Shown here piece after piece: positions 30,636 through 40,306 of a stretch of 64,000 bases of DNA. Each line of letters opens with the position of its first letter. Position 1 is the first letter of the stretch. The DNA comes from Desulfurococcaceae archaeon (GTDB lineage: Archaea; Thermoproteota; Thermoprotei_A; Sulfolobales; Desulfurococcaceae), in assembly GCA_038888155.1 (NCBI GenBank), contig JAWAJB010000001.1:192001-256000 (forward strand). The letters are read 5' to 3'. The notes under the pieces are model-generated. The model was not told where the DNA came from and did not search any database. It was given only the letters and a program-made list of their open reading frames with translations. The translations under genes and the position numbers were made by a program.

Positions 30636-31460
30636 CTAGACCCTAGTGAGCCCCTTAATTAAGCTTGGGAACAGAAATCTCTTTCCCTGCCTGCGGATCT
30701 CTTGGTCCCACTCGCTGAGGATTTTCACAGCCTCATTGGCTGCTTTAATTGCGTTATCAACTCCAATGCCGGGAGCGAAATTCCCCGTTTCCCTGTTGGC
30801 GATTGTTGCGCACACAGCCCCAGAGCGTAGCCCGTATATATTGGCTAGTGTGAATATCGCTGATGACTCCATTTCAAAGCTCAGGACGTTAATAGCTCTG
30901 AGGTGCTCTACTAGGCCTTTTTGGAATGGGGGCAGGTAATTCTTAAATCCAGGCCTCTCCTGCCCAACGTAAAAGCTGTCGCTACTTGCAGTTAATCCCA
31001 CATGGTAGGGCAAGCCCAGAGACTCTGCTGCCTCTATTAGCGCTAGGACTACATCGTAGCTTGCTACAGCGGGATACTCGGGCATAACGTAGTGTCTACT
31101 TGTGCCGTCCAGCCTAACTGCCGCAGTGGATATCACTAAATCTCCCAGCGCTATATCCCCCCTCAAAGCCCCCGACGTTCCGACTCTGATGAACACCCTA
31201 GATCCGACCCTTGCGAGCTCCTCTACCGCTATGGCCGCGGAAGGAGCGCCTATCCCTGTACTCGTGGCAGATATAAATACGCCTTTATAGTATCCACTGT
31301 AAGTATTGTACTCTCTATTGGCACTGACGCGCCAGAATTTATCCCAGTGCATTGCTATTAGCGGCACGCGGTTAGGGTCTCCAGGCAAGAGCACGTAATG
31401 GCTTACGTCGCCTGGCTTCAACATTAAATGGTATTGATAGTTATCCCCTGCTGTAGACAC
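30636..31460 (-). CDS. udp: Uridine phosphorylase
   Basis: QYHL, LPGDPNR, STGIGAPS, IRVGTSG, FYVGQER, FEMES. Confidence 0.92.
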   Translation of the reverse strand: MSTAGDNYQYHLMLKPGDVSHYVLLPGDPNRVPLIAMHWDKFWRVSANREYNTYSGYYKGVFISATSTGIGAPSAAIAVEELARVGSRVFIRVGTSGALRGDIALGDLVISTAAVRLDGTSRHYVMPEYPAVASYDVVLALIEAAESLGLPYHVGLTASSDSFYVGQERPGFKNYLPPFQKGLVEHLRAINVLSFEMESSAIFTLANIYGLRSGAVCATIANRETGNFAPGIGVDNAIKAANEAVKILSEWDQEIRRQGKRFLFPSLIKGLTRV

Positions 31461-31476
31461 GCTATTATCCCTCGAG

Positions 31477-32022
31477 TCAAGCAGTGAATTCAGCCTCGCC
31501 TATAAAGTACAGCTCAGCCAACATTTTTTCAAGGTTGAGCACAGCGTAAGAGATGTTGCCCGTAAGTAGTCCACAAGTTTCGCCCGGGTTAATGACGAGC
31601 TTTTGCTCAACTTGCCCTATATATGGTTGGTGGGTGTGGCCATATAGCAATACATCTACTTCGGGAGACCTAGCCAATGCCTCAACTAGCTTCTTTGTAT
31701 TTTCTGCGTCTCCGTAGCCGTGGACTAGCAGTACTCTCCTATTGCTCAGATTTATTAATGCTGGCCCCGGCTTTAGCGTCCATCCATACTGGTTAAAAAG
31801 CGAGAAGAGCGAATAGGTATCTCCATCGTTGTTGCCGAGAACGGCTATTACTTGCGTGTTCCCCAGCAAATTCTTCATTAGCTTAACTGTGAACGGGCTG
31901 ATAATATCCCCTAGGTGTATTACCAACTCCACGTTGTGCTTAATTAACTCTAAAAGCACAGACCTTAGCGCGCGTGTGTTGTCGTGGCTATCGCTGATGA
32001 GGCCTACTTTCATAAATACCAT
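31477..32022 (-). CDS. Metallophosphoesterase (YfcE/MJ0936 family)
   Basis: SDSHDN, HLGD, GNND, HG, GHTH, NPG. Confidence 0.9.
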   Translation of the reverse strand: MVFMKVGLISDSHDNTRALRSVLLELIKHNVELVIHLGDIISPFTVKLMKNLLGNTQVIAVLGNNDGDTYSLFSLFNQYGWTLKPGPALINLSNRRVLLVHGYGDAENTKKLVEALARSPEVDVLLYGHTHQPYIGQVEQKLVINPGETCGLLTGNISYAVLNLEKMLAELYFIGEAEFTA

Positions 32023-32077
32023 CGAAATTTACATTAGGTAGAAACCAGCGAAAAGTTGAGCAAGCAAGATTGAAAAT

Positions 32078-32653
32078 CTATTCAACTTTTACTTTAACGC
32101 CTTTACCGTTTCCCTTCAGCTTTTTTAGCTTAACCTCTAAAACGCCGTTCTTGTAAGTGGCTACAGCTGACGAGGGATCTGCCTTAGCTGGCAAGTCTAC
32201 TTCTTTATAGTACTTTCTCTTTTCGTTGCTGGCGCTTATAATTAGTGTTTTGCCGTCCTCTGACACTTTCACGTCGATTTTGTCTTTATCTACGCCGGGA
32301 ATTTCAGCCACAACGGTCATCCCTTCCTCGGACTCAAATACATCTACAAGCGGCTCTCTCTCCTCGACTACAGAGGGCTTTCCGCGAACTCTTTTAACAT
32401 TGCCGAACTCCCTAATGATGGGTTTACCGTCAGGGCCGATCGTTATGCTGAACCCGTACACGTAGGGCTTAATGCCGTACTTTTCAAGCTCCTTCATTTT
32501 CTCCGGGGTAGTTTCCCAGGAAAACCTCATGCCGAACTCCTTGAGAAGCCTCTCCATGTCCTCCATGATCCGATTGAAGTACTCATCGATGTCGTCCCAA
32601 TACCTCCTCCTCCTTCGCCACCACCAATTGTCTTCTTCCAATTGCATCACCAT
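32078..32653 (-). CDS. hsp20: Small heat shock protein (archaeal Hsp20)
   Basis: PYVYGFSITIGPDGKP, REPLVDV, AEIPGV, A.YKNGVLEV, C-terminal VKVE. Confidence 0.93.
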   Translation of the reverse strand: MVMQLEEDNWWWRRRRRYWDDIDEYFNRIMEDMERLLKEFGMRFSWETTPEKMKELEKYGIKPYVYGFSITIGPDGKPIIREFGNVKRVRGKPSVVEEREPLVDVFESEEGMTVVAEIPGVDKDKIDVKVSEDGKTLIISASNEKRKYYKEVDLPAKADPSSAVATYKNGVLEVKLKKLKGNGKGVKVKVE

Positions 32654-32729
32654 TTAGTTAATAAGATTTCTAGCTCTTTATATTTTTAGTAAATAAACGA
32701 GGCTGAAGCATATAGTTTACAGTGAACGC

Positions 32730-33173
32730 GTGAGTCCGGGACTGGTGTCTGACTTGCCTGAAGCTCATGTAGAGATCTTGAGGCTGAGATCTACTGAGAG
32801 ATTTCAGCTAATCGACATTACCGGCATGGTAGAAGACGCCGTTGTTAAGTCGGGCGTGTCGCGCGGGCTTGTCCTCGTTTTTGCGCCCCACACTACAGCC
32901 TCTATAATAATCAACGAGGGAGAGGGGGGTTTAATGAGCGACATCATGGAGAAAGCAAAAGACTTCACTCAACCTGGAAGCACTAAGTGGAGGCATAATT
33001 TGATCGACAGGAACGCTCACGCGCACATAGGATCAGCTATTTTCGGCTCCGAGAGGTGCCTTCCAGTAGTTGGGGGACGAGTAGCTAGAGGTCCCTGGCA
33101 AAATATAATGTTTTTTGAAATGGATGGACCTAGGGAGGAAAGAATGGTATACGTAGTCGTTGTGGGTGAGTAA
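32730..33173 (+). CDS. YjbQ/UPF0047 family protein
   Basis: HTTAS..INE, HN..D.NAHAH, WQ.I.F.E.DGPR. Confidence 0.9.
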   Translation: MSPGLVSDLPEAHVEILRLRSTERFQLIDITGMVEDAVVKSGVSRGLVLVFAPHTTASIIINEGEGGLMSDIMEKAKDFTQPGSTKWRHNLIDRNAHAHIGSAIFGSERCLPVVGGRVARGPWQNIMFFEMDGPREERMVYVVVVGE

Positions 33174-33175
33174 AC

Positions 33176-34354
33176 ATGAAGCTGTACATTGCATCAGAAG
33201 AAGAGATCTTAAGTGGCGCTGTCACGGATATCTACTTCACTCGAACAGTTAATGTCCTCAGAGCTAAGAATATAAGGAAAAAGGTCAGAATGGAGTTTCA
33301 CGTAGTGAAGCTCCCAAGGGGATTCGAGTGGGCTGTCTTCGCCGGGCTAGAGGAGTGCCTATACTTACTCAAAGATAAGCCTGTAGACGTTTACGCAATG
33401 CCCGAGGGAACGCTCTTCAAGGCTGGCGAGCCATTAATGATTGTAGAGGGGTACCTCGACGACTTCATTATCTATGAAACGGCGCTACTGGGTATACTTA
33501 GACACTACAGCAGCATTGCCACAAAGGCGGCCAGAGTGAAGAGGCTTGCGCTGGATAAAACGCTGCTCTTTTTCGGGCTCAGGGCATTGCACCCAGCAAT
33601 TGCGCCCATGGTTGACAGAGCTGCGTACATTGGAGGCATAGACGCCGTATCAGGAGTGGCTAGCAACAAGCACTTAGGCCTACAGCCTCAAGGAACAATG
33701 CCCCATGCTTTGATTATAGCTTTCGGCAACCAAGTCGAGGCGTGGAAGGCATTTGACGAAGTAATAGAGCCAGAGACTCCTAGGGTAATGCTCGTTGACA
33801 CATTCTACGATGAAAGAGTAGAGGCGCTAATGGCTGCCAATGCCCTAGGGAAAAAGCTCTACGGCGTTAGGCTGGACACACCTAGCAGTAGACGCGGGGA
33901 TATGAGGCTAATTGTAGAAGAAGTTCGCTGGACTTTAAAGTTACATGGATACGATAACGTTAAAATAGTTGTTAGCGGCGGGGTTGACGAAAAAGAAATA
34001 ATTAAACTGAGAGACTTGGTGGACGTATTCGGCGTGGGAACAAGCATAGCTATGCCCCCGAGCATTGACATTAGCGCAGATATTGTTGAGGTGTTTGAAG
34101 ACAATGAGTGGAAGCCCATTACAAAGCGGGGTAAATTGCCTGGAGCTAAGCAAGTTTACAGGAAGAGACCTGGCTTAAATGACATAGTAACGTTGCTCGA
34201 GAGGGGGGGTAAAATGCCAGCTGATTATCAACCGCTTATGAGAAAATACATTGAGGCGGGAAGGGTTGCTTCCGCTCTACCTAGCCTCAGAGAAATTAGG
34301 GACTACGTTATTGAGCAGCTAAAGGAGGTCCCAGAGCCCGTAGTTACCGAGTAG
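33176..34354 (+). CDS. pncB: Nicotinate phosphoribosyltransferase
   Basis: TDIYF, FGLR, GTMPH, LVDTF, VRLDT, SGG, GVGT. Confidence 0.92.
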   Translation: MKLYIASEEEILSGAVTDIYFTRTVNVLRAKNIRKKVRMEFHVVKLPRGFEWAVFAGLEECLYLLKDKPVDVYAMPEGTLFKAGEPLMIVEGYLDDFIIYETALLGILRHYSSIATKAARVKRLALDKTLLFFGLRALHPAIAPMVDRAAYIGGIDAVSGVASNKHLGLQPQGTMPHALIIAFGNQVEAWKAFDEVIEPETPRVMLVDTFYDERVEALMAANALGKKLYGVRLDTPSSRRGDMRLIVEEVRWTLKLHGYDNVKIVVSGGVDEKEIIKLRDLVDVFGVGTSIAMPPSIDISADIVEVFEDNEWKPITKRGKLPGAKQVYRKRPGLNDIVTLLERGGKMPADYQPLMRKYIEAGRVASALPSLREIRDYVIEQLKEVPEPVVTE

Positions 34355-34363
34355 GGTGGCGCA

Positions 34364-35359
34364 GTGTACCTGGATACTGCAATACTAGACCACTACTACT
34401 TAGAGCTCGACAATGGATGTATTGCCGTAGTAACTGGCAACTGGCATACTGAGTACTGCGCGGTAGGGTACATTAAGTACTGCCCCACTAGCAAGCCAAC
34501 GCCGTGGAGCAGAAATGGTACATTCTACGAGAGGCTTGTGAAGACTTACAGCGCTAAAAGCGTAAGAGAGCACACCGGTTGGAGTATCTACATCCCCTTT
34601 TTCGACAGCTTTGTGCCGTGCATACCAGTTCACAGAGTTGTTAAGGCGTGGAACCCCATTGCGCGAACGCTTGATCTAACTAATAAAGTTAGAGATGAAC
34701 TGGAGAGAAGAGCCCTAGAGGCTGTAATGGAAATTAGCGAATACACTGGAGTTTTAACGGGAATAACTGGCTCGCTGCTCCCGGGAATACACAACTTGCA
34801 AATGAGCGACATAGATTTTGTAATATATGGTTCCTACAATTCACTTAAAGTTGTTGAGTACATTAGCGATCATAAGGATACTTTTAAGCCTTTAAACGGG
34901 CTTTCGCTCGCGAAGTGGGCTGAAGGCGCCTCTCAGAGTACTGGGCTGACAGTCAAAGAAGTCCTCAAGTTCTACCGCAATTGGCGAAGGGGGGCCCGTA
35001 ACGGAAGGGAGTACTCAATAATATACAACGACGGTGTACGCAGAGATGCGCTCACGCTGCCTACCTTCAGGAATGGCAAACCCATTAAAGCCATTGTAGA
35101 GCTTGAAGGCGGTTTAGATGCATTAAGCTATCCGTCTTACTCAAGGGTTCTCTCGTGGAGGGCGCCGAAAACAGCCTCGCGGGATGCCCCGCACGACATT
35201 GAGGGCATCTTAAGCTATGAAACTGTTTACATGCCTGCCCTATACGAGGGTGGCCTATTTGAGATAGATGGCTTGCTTCAGTGTTGTGACTTAACTGAGA
35301 CGTGCAGGGTGTTATTAGGGGGAGCTGAGTATAGGGGGACAATGAAGTACTGTAAGTGA
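34364..35359 (+). CDS. Predicted nucleotidyltransferase (Pol-beta superfamily, COG1665-like)
   Basis: GITGSLL...SDIDFVIYG signature. Confidence 0.75.
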   Translation: MYLDTAILDHYYLELDNGCIAVVTGNWHTEYCAVGYIKYCPTSKPTPWSRNGTFYERLVKTYSAKSVREHTGWSIYIPFFDSFVPCIPVHRVVKAWNPIARTLDLTNKVRDELERRALEAVMEISEYTGVLTGITGSLLPGIHNLQMSDIDFVIYGSYNSLKVVEYISDHKDTFKPLNGLSLAKWAEGASQSTGLTVKEVLKFYRNWRRGARNGREYSIIYNDGVRRDALTLPTFRNGKPIKAIVELEGGLDALSYPSYSRVLSWRAPKTASRDAPHDIEGILSYETVYMPALYEGGLFEIDGLLQCCDLTETCRVLLGGAEYRGTMKYCK

Positions 35360-35363
35360 TTGC

Positions 35364-35954
35364 ATGGCTGTTTTCCTTGTAGCTTACGACATAGGCGGCT
35401 CAAAACCAATCTCGCGAGTGCTGTGTTATGCGTCCAAGCGCTACGGAGTTGACGCCATACTGCTCTTGGGCGAGACGATATCGCCTAACGTAGTTAAGTG
35501 GCTTTACGAGGGGTGTAGAGCAAAGGTTCTCGGAGTCCTCGGGAGATGCGATGGGGCCGCAGTTGCGCAAGCGTTAAAAGAAGTTGGCGGGCTTGTTGAG
35601 TGTAAGCAAATTAGTGTAAGCGGAGTAGATATTTACGGGTTTGGATTGAGCGGTTGCCAGCCGACTACCTCTTTAAAGGCACATTTATTTATCTCAAATA
35701 TGCCCGGCCTAAATTACACATGTCAAATGCCAGGATCAGATGTTGTAGATGCGATCGTAGAGCAAATTAGCCCAATTGCAGTAATTGCGGGCAGATCTAA
35801 TACACCGTGCAGAAGGGGCATCGTTTTCTCGCCGGGTAGTGCAAGAAGAGGCTACTTTGGGTTGCTGAAAGTAGAGGACTCAAAAGCATTAACTAGTGTT
35901 GTGCACACCGATTTGCTGATAGTAAACAGCATTGAGAGCAATATGTCAACTTAG
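35364..35954 (+). CDS. Degenerate calcineurin-like phosphoesterase-fold protein
   Basis: YDIGG, LLGE, GRCD, AGR and SPGS align with DxH/GD/GNHD/GH/NPGS, with most metal ligands lost. Confidence 0.55.
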   Translation: MAVFLVAYDIGGSKPISRVLCYASKRYGVDAILLLGETISPNVVKWLYEGCRAKVLGVLGRCDGAAVAQALKEVGGLVECKQISVSGVDIYGFGLSGCQPTTSLKAHLFISNMPGLNYTCQMPGSDVVDAIVEQISPIAVIAGRSNTPCRRGIVFSPGSARRGYFGLLKVEDSKALTSVVHTDLLIVNSIESNMST

Positions 35955-36194
35955 CTATCTAATAGAGGGTCCAATAACGTAAAAGAATTGACTCGCTTAT
36001 AGAGATGCTCAAAGAGCTCTGCAGCAGATTTAAAAAAACAAGCATTGGGGCAGAGAGAGGCATAAGGCATATTACGCATTACGCTTTGCTCGAGCGGCTA
36101 AAGCAGCCTAGTTGGTATTTCAGCTGAAAAAGCAGGGAATTTCGTTGGCGAGTTGCTGTAATGTTGTGGAAACTAAAGCAGCAAAGCTTTAAAG

Positions 36195-36527
36195 CTAAAT
36201 AAGTTTTGATCCAGGCTTGACCTTTTCTGCCGCTATTACTACTACTGGGGGGTCAGAATCAGTAGCTAATAGCATGCCCTGGCTCTCTAAGCCCATTATT
36301 TTCTTTGGCTTTAGGTTTACAACTACTACGATGTGCTTACCAATGAAGTACTCGGGAGGGTACCATCTAGCGAGCCCTGCAATTATTTGCCTTTCCCCCA
36401 GCTCCCCAAGATCAACGGTTAGCCTTATGAGCCTTTCTGCGCCAGGAACTTTTTCAGCTGTCTTAACGAGCCCTACCCTCAAATCTACCCTCTTAAATTC
36501 CTCTATACCTATTGTCTCCCCGCTCAT
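36195..36527 (-). CDS. Stand-alone tRNA-binding OB-fold protein (Trbp111/CsaA/MetRS C-domain)
   Basis: EFKRVDLRVG, RQIIAGL, NLKPKKIMGLESQGMLLA. Confidence 0.9.
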   Translation of the reverse strand: MSGETIGIEEFKRVDLRVGLVKTAEKVPGAERLIRLTVDLGELGERQIIAGLARWYPPEYFIGKHIVVVVNLKPKKIMGLESQGMLLATDSDPPVVVIAAEKVKPGSKLI

Positions 36528-36583
36528 AAGAACCTACCATAATCCCATAGTTAATTAAGGTTGGTAGTATTAAATAAATCGAG

Positions 36584-37294
36584 CTAGCAGCTGAGCCCTT
36601 TTTCCCTGCACATTTCCCTGAAAATATCAGCTGGTGTTCTTCTGTAAGAGAGGAATCCCCGCTGAGCTATATCCTCCTCTATAAATTGATCTACCCCTTC
36701 CGGCAGGGCTTTTGAAAGCTCTAGATATAGGCTTTCCAACCTAAGCTTGCCCTCTAGGAGGCTTTGGTTCAAGATGTCAACGAGGGGGAAAAGGCTTTCT
36801 CTATTAACAATTATGCCGCTTCTGCCTAGGATTAACTGGGATATGTAGATGCCAGTTATAAGCTCCAAGAAGTAGCCTCTTCTCTTGCTTGCGCTCAATA
36901 CACCGCTGTGCTTAAACCCAAGTCTCCTAGCAGTTTTTAAGAGCGCTACTGCTTTCTTAGAGCTAAGCGCGTATACATGCAGTATTGGTCCAGTCACGTT
37001 AATCCACAGATTCTTATAAGGCTTTAAGCTGTACAGGAAGTCTAGTTCTTCAACTTTTACGGGCGTGTGCGATTTAAACACAACGCCTGTTTCCTCTCTA
37101 CTCCAAGGGTAGAGCGAGTCAATAACTACTATTCTACCGCTACAGCTGCTGGTAGTGTAGAGATCGCTGTCTCTATTTATAGTGAGGAGAAGCGGGAGTA
37201 AATCCCTATCGAGGTAGCCTATCTCGAGGTCGCTCCATATCTTGCCCCAAAATAGCCTTTTCCGAGATTTCCACTCATTAGAGCTTAGATGCAT
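36584..37294 (-). CDS. taw3: tRNA wyosine-derivative methyltransferase Taw3/TYW3
   Basis: YTTSSCSGRI, PILHV, GFKHSG. Confidence 0.88.
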   Translation of the reverse strand: MHLSSNEWKSRKRLFWGKIWSDLEIGYLDRDLLPLLLTINRDSDLYTTSSCSGRIVVIDSLYPWSREETGVVFKSHTPVKVEELDFLYSLKPYKNLWINVTGPILHVYALSSKKAVALLKTARRLGFKHSGVLSASKRRGYFLELITGIYISQLILGRSGIIVNRESLFPLVDILNQSLLEGKLRLESLYLELSKALPEGVDQFIEEDIAQRGFLSYRRTPADIFREMCREKGLSC

Positions 37295-37359
37295 AAATTC
37301 AGCACCGCTGTTATAATTAAAAGGTTTTACTTGTTTAAGTTTTAATTCAGGTTAAAGCA

Positions 37360-38190
37360 ATGATTGGGCTTGTTTACAGCGTCATAGATAGAGCTGGAAG
37401 GGGGATAGCGGGCTATTTGGTTAACGAGCTCAGGCCAACAGAAGTTGGGCATTGCAGGGAAGCTGTTGTCTGCCTCTCTGGAGAGAACTTCATGCTAGCT
37501 GGCTTTAATGAAGACGTTATCTACTTTGACTTTCTCGACAAGAGGTTGCCGCCAGCAGTTGAGCTCTATATCATACTTTCAAGGCACTCGAGCGAGGCGG
37601 GAATAAAAAGTTACACAGTGCACGCAACTGGCAACTTCTCCGATGATGCTACAGTGGGCGGGCGCCCCCGCGAGCTGGGAATTGCCCATCCCCCCGCCTC
37701 ATGGGCTCTACTTAAGGCCCTCGATAAAATATCAAGGGATGCTGACAGGAGGGAGGAATACGAGGTGAGCTATGAGGCGACTCACCACGGCCCTACTAAT
37801 TTGCTTAAGCCAACGGTGTTCATCGAGATTGGTAGCAGCTTAAGCGAGTGGAGCGACTCGATAAATCACATCATTGTTGGCGAGGCCATAAAGCAAGTCA
37901 TTGAAGCGTACCCCAAGCTACCGCCTTGTAAACCGGTTATCGGAGTAGGAGGCGGCCACTACCCCAAGAAACACACAGAGCTCGCCCTTAGTGAAAACGT
38001 GTGTTTTGGCCACATAGCGTCAAAGTACGCGTTGAGTTTCCTAGACTTGAATATGTTGAACAACATGTTAACTAAGAGCGCTGTTGCCCCAGAAGGCGTA
38101 GTTGTCGAGAGGAAGAGCACAACCCGCGAGCACAGAGCTCTCGTTGAGGAATTCTCTCGGGGAAGAAGCTTGCAACTCAGATATATTTAA
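37360..38190 (+). CDS. dtdA: D-aminoacyl-tRNA deacylase (archaeal DTD2)
   Basis: LSRHSS, TVHATGN, EATHHGP, FIEIGS, GGGHY. Confidence 0.92.
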   Translation: MIGLVYSVIDRAGRGIAGYLVNELRPTEVGHCREAVVCLSGENFMLAGFNEDVIYFDFLDKRLPPAVELYIILSRHSSEAGIKSYTVHATGNFSDDATVGGRPRELGIAHPPASWALLKALDKISRDADRREEYEVSYEATHHGPTNLLKPTVFIEIGSSLSEWSDSINHIIVGEAIKQVIEAYPKLPPCKPVIGVGGGHYPKKHTELALSENVCFGHIASKYALSFLDLNMLNNMLTKSAVAPEGVVVERKSTTREHRALVEEFSRGRSLQLRYI

Positions 38191-39245
38191 GTGAAGTTGA
38201 TAACTTTGTCGTGAATCCACCTTCTAGTAAGCTTCATCCATATCAATCTAATACAGAGGTCTCCCGACAAGCCCCTATCGGCTGGTAGCTCGATCTCAGT
38301 TTCGAAGGTATCGCCTGGGGCCATTTTGGCCTTAGTTTCCTTCGAAGTGTATAGGAGGTCTCCGTGCTTGAGCAGGGATATAACGAGCTTATCTGGCTGG
38401 GCTTCCCCCCTGTTGTGAATGGAGAGCTTGAGTTTAATCTTCTTGTCCTCAACAACGTAATTTACGCTGCTTAATTCCAGCAGGGGTTGCTTTACAGTGC
38501 TATTGTACAGGGTTAGTCCAGACAGCACTAAGTGTGAGTCCCCGCCCTCTAATCCTATTGGGGACACCTCAATAAATTCCTCGTTTTCCCCCAGCGTAAC
38601 AGCTAGCTCCTCGAACCTCCTCTGAGGAACATGATACCTCGTGCTGTACGTGTTAGTTGCTACTTTGATTTCAGTTGGTTTAGGAGCGTACGTAATTATT
38701 CTAGCTGATAGTGCTTTCCCCGATGGATCGAGCTTGAACCTTACGCTTTCGCCTTGCTTTAGCATGAGTAAGCCGGTTAAGTGCTTGTAGTCTGTTAATG
38801 CATCTTGGTCTTCGTATATGACATCTAGTAAAATTGCCTTGATTGTGAAGGGGTCTCCCCCTTCGTACTTAATTCCCAAGTTAATCCACTCCCTGTTGAG
38901 GGATTCGGGGATGTTTAAAATGCTCGTTATGTCGTATACAAACTTGTACAGCCCGCGATCCTTCTCTACATCTGTTAACGTGTACGTTGGTTTGAACAGG
39001 CGAGTAATGCCGATTCCGTTTAACTTTAACTTCCACTCTGAGTAGGGCTTCCTAGACTCCACTAAGACCTCCAGAAGCGCATAGCTAGCTTTTCTACTCG
39101 CTCTATTCAGGAGGTTTAAGGGAATGTTTATCTTGGAGTTGTAGTTGCTAAGCGTCTCGTCTAGCGGCTTAAATAGCGCTAATAGGTCTCCCCTAACTTG
39201 GTGTACTTCCACTGTGTCAACTACTCCTTTGGGCACTTCTATCAC
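38187..39245 (-). CDS. Hypothetical beta-rich protein with Ig/CARDB-like C-terminus
   Basis: 352-aa ORF; C-terminal I.N.G...PGDT pattern. Confidence 0.6.
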   Translation of the reverse strand: MIEVPKGVVDTVEVHQVRGDLLALFKPLDETLSNYNSKINIPLNLLNRASRKASYALLEVLVESRKPYSEWKLKLNGIGITRLFKPTYTLTDVEKDRGLYKFVYDITSILNIPESLNREWINLGIKYEGGDPFTIKAILLDVIYEDQDALTDYKHLTGLLMLKQGESVRFKLDPSGKALSARIITYAPKPTEIKVATNTYSTRYHVPQRRFEELAVTLGENEEFIEVSPIGLEGGDSHLVLSGLTLYNSTVKQPLLELSSVNYVVEDKKIKLKLSIHNRGEAQPDKLVISLLKHGDLLYTSKETKAKMAPGDTFETEIELPADRGLSGDLCIRLIWMKLTRRWIHDKVINFT

Positions 39246-39517
39246 CTTTAAAAATTATACTACCACTAAATTTATGTGTAGTGAGTAATTATAATGCCTG
39301 TTTTAAGCAAGGCATTAAGGGAAGCTAAAGCAGAGGACTTAATTGCGAGGTTCTCAGGTAGCTGGGGCTATGCGCAACCTAGTAGTGGACAGGGTAATTA
39401 GGTCGAGGGATTTTTGCTCGAGTTAATGCCAACTCATTTAGATTGCGCGTTACATTTAATTTGTTGCGTTAATAACGCACTGAGCCTATAGTATATCATT
39501 AGCTATGGTGTTGAGGC

Positions 39518-39892
39518 ATGTCTTGGGAGCTTGGGCGCGAAGTTAAGCACACAAGCCAAGTAATATACGTAGTTCTCGAAGATAAGAGCAAGGCGTATTT
39601 AAAGTACCAAGTCGAGGGCAAAGTCATGAAGCTCGTTGAAACTTATACTCCGCCGCAGCACAGGGGCAAGGGAATTGGCAACGTACTAGTGAACTACGCA
39701 ATTGACTTAGCGAAGAGCAACCAGTGGCTTATAGAGCCCATTTGTAGCTATACAATATACTACTTTATGAGGAATAAGGACAAGAGGCTTGCCCTAGTGG
39801 AAGAGTACAGAGATCTAAGTGAGGAAAAGTGGGTGAGCCTCTTCGAGAGCGCTAAGAGGAGAGAGGCAGAACAAAGGCGTGAGCAGAGTTGA
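39518..39892 (+). CDS. GNAT N-acetyltransferase (YjdJ-like)
   Basis: TYTPPQHRGKGIG acetyl-CoA motif, PICSY. Confidence 0.85.
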   Translation: MSWELGREVKHTSQVIYVVLEDKSKAYLKYQVEGKVMKLVETYTPPQHRGKGIGNVLVNYAIDLAKSNQWLIEPICSYTIYYFMRNKDKRLALVEEYRDLSEEKWVSLFESAKRREAEQRREQS

Positions 39893-40161
39893 GGATCTAC
39901 ATAAAATACTTGTTGTGGCTATCTGAGGTATTCGGGACTAAAGAGGAAATAGTAGAAGTCCCTGGAGAAACAACAGTAGCTGGCGTATTGAGAGCATTGA
40001 TCGCACGAAGACCGCGGGCTGAGAGTTATATAAGGAATATCCTCTCTGGGAATTCAGAGATAATTGTCCTTCACAACTCTATGACTCCAGTTAATGGCTT
40101 GGATACTGTTCTCCGCGATCAAGACACTATTACTTTAATTCCACCTGTTTCGGGCGGTTGA
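39889..40161 (+). CDS. MoaD/ThiS/Urm1-like ubiquitin-fold sulfur carrier
   Basis: C-terminal LIPPVSGG; 4-nt overlap with the GNAT gene. Confidence 0.88.
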   Translation: MRIYIKYLLWLSEVFGTKEEIVEVPGETTVAGVLRALIARRPRAESYIRNILSGNSEIIVLHNSMTPVNGLDTVLRDQDTITLIPPVSGG

Positions 40162-40200
40162 ATTTAAAATCTGCATTTATTTAAGATATATCATAAAGAG

Positions 40201-40306
40201 GCCGCCGTGGCTCAGCCTGGTAGAGCGCCGGCCTTGTAAGCCAGGTTAGATTGCTAGGCCTGTCCGGGTGAGCCGGTGGTCGCGGGTTCAAATCCCGCCG
40301 GCGGCT
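40201..40306 (+). tRNA. tRNA-Thr(TGT) with 32-nt canonical 37/38 intron (40239-40270)
   Basis: GCCGCCG acceptor stem, GCTC/GAGC D stem, CCGGC/GCCGG anticodon stem, TGT at 40235-40237, TTCAAAT T loop; BHB central helix CTTG/CGGG; TATA-like TTTAAG upstream. Confidence 0.95.

Noticed and set aside
35955-36194. 240-nt gap between convergent genes
   Set aside because: No tRNA fragment, C/D boxes, repeats or credible ORF found by eye
39246-39517. Divergent intergenic region with TAATGCCT/AGGCATTA palindrome (about 39292-39317)
   Set aside because: A single 8-bp inverted repeat in promoter DNA; could be an operator but there is no further support
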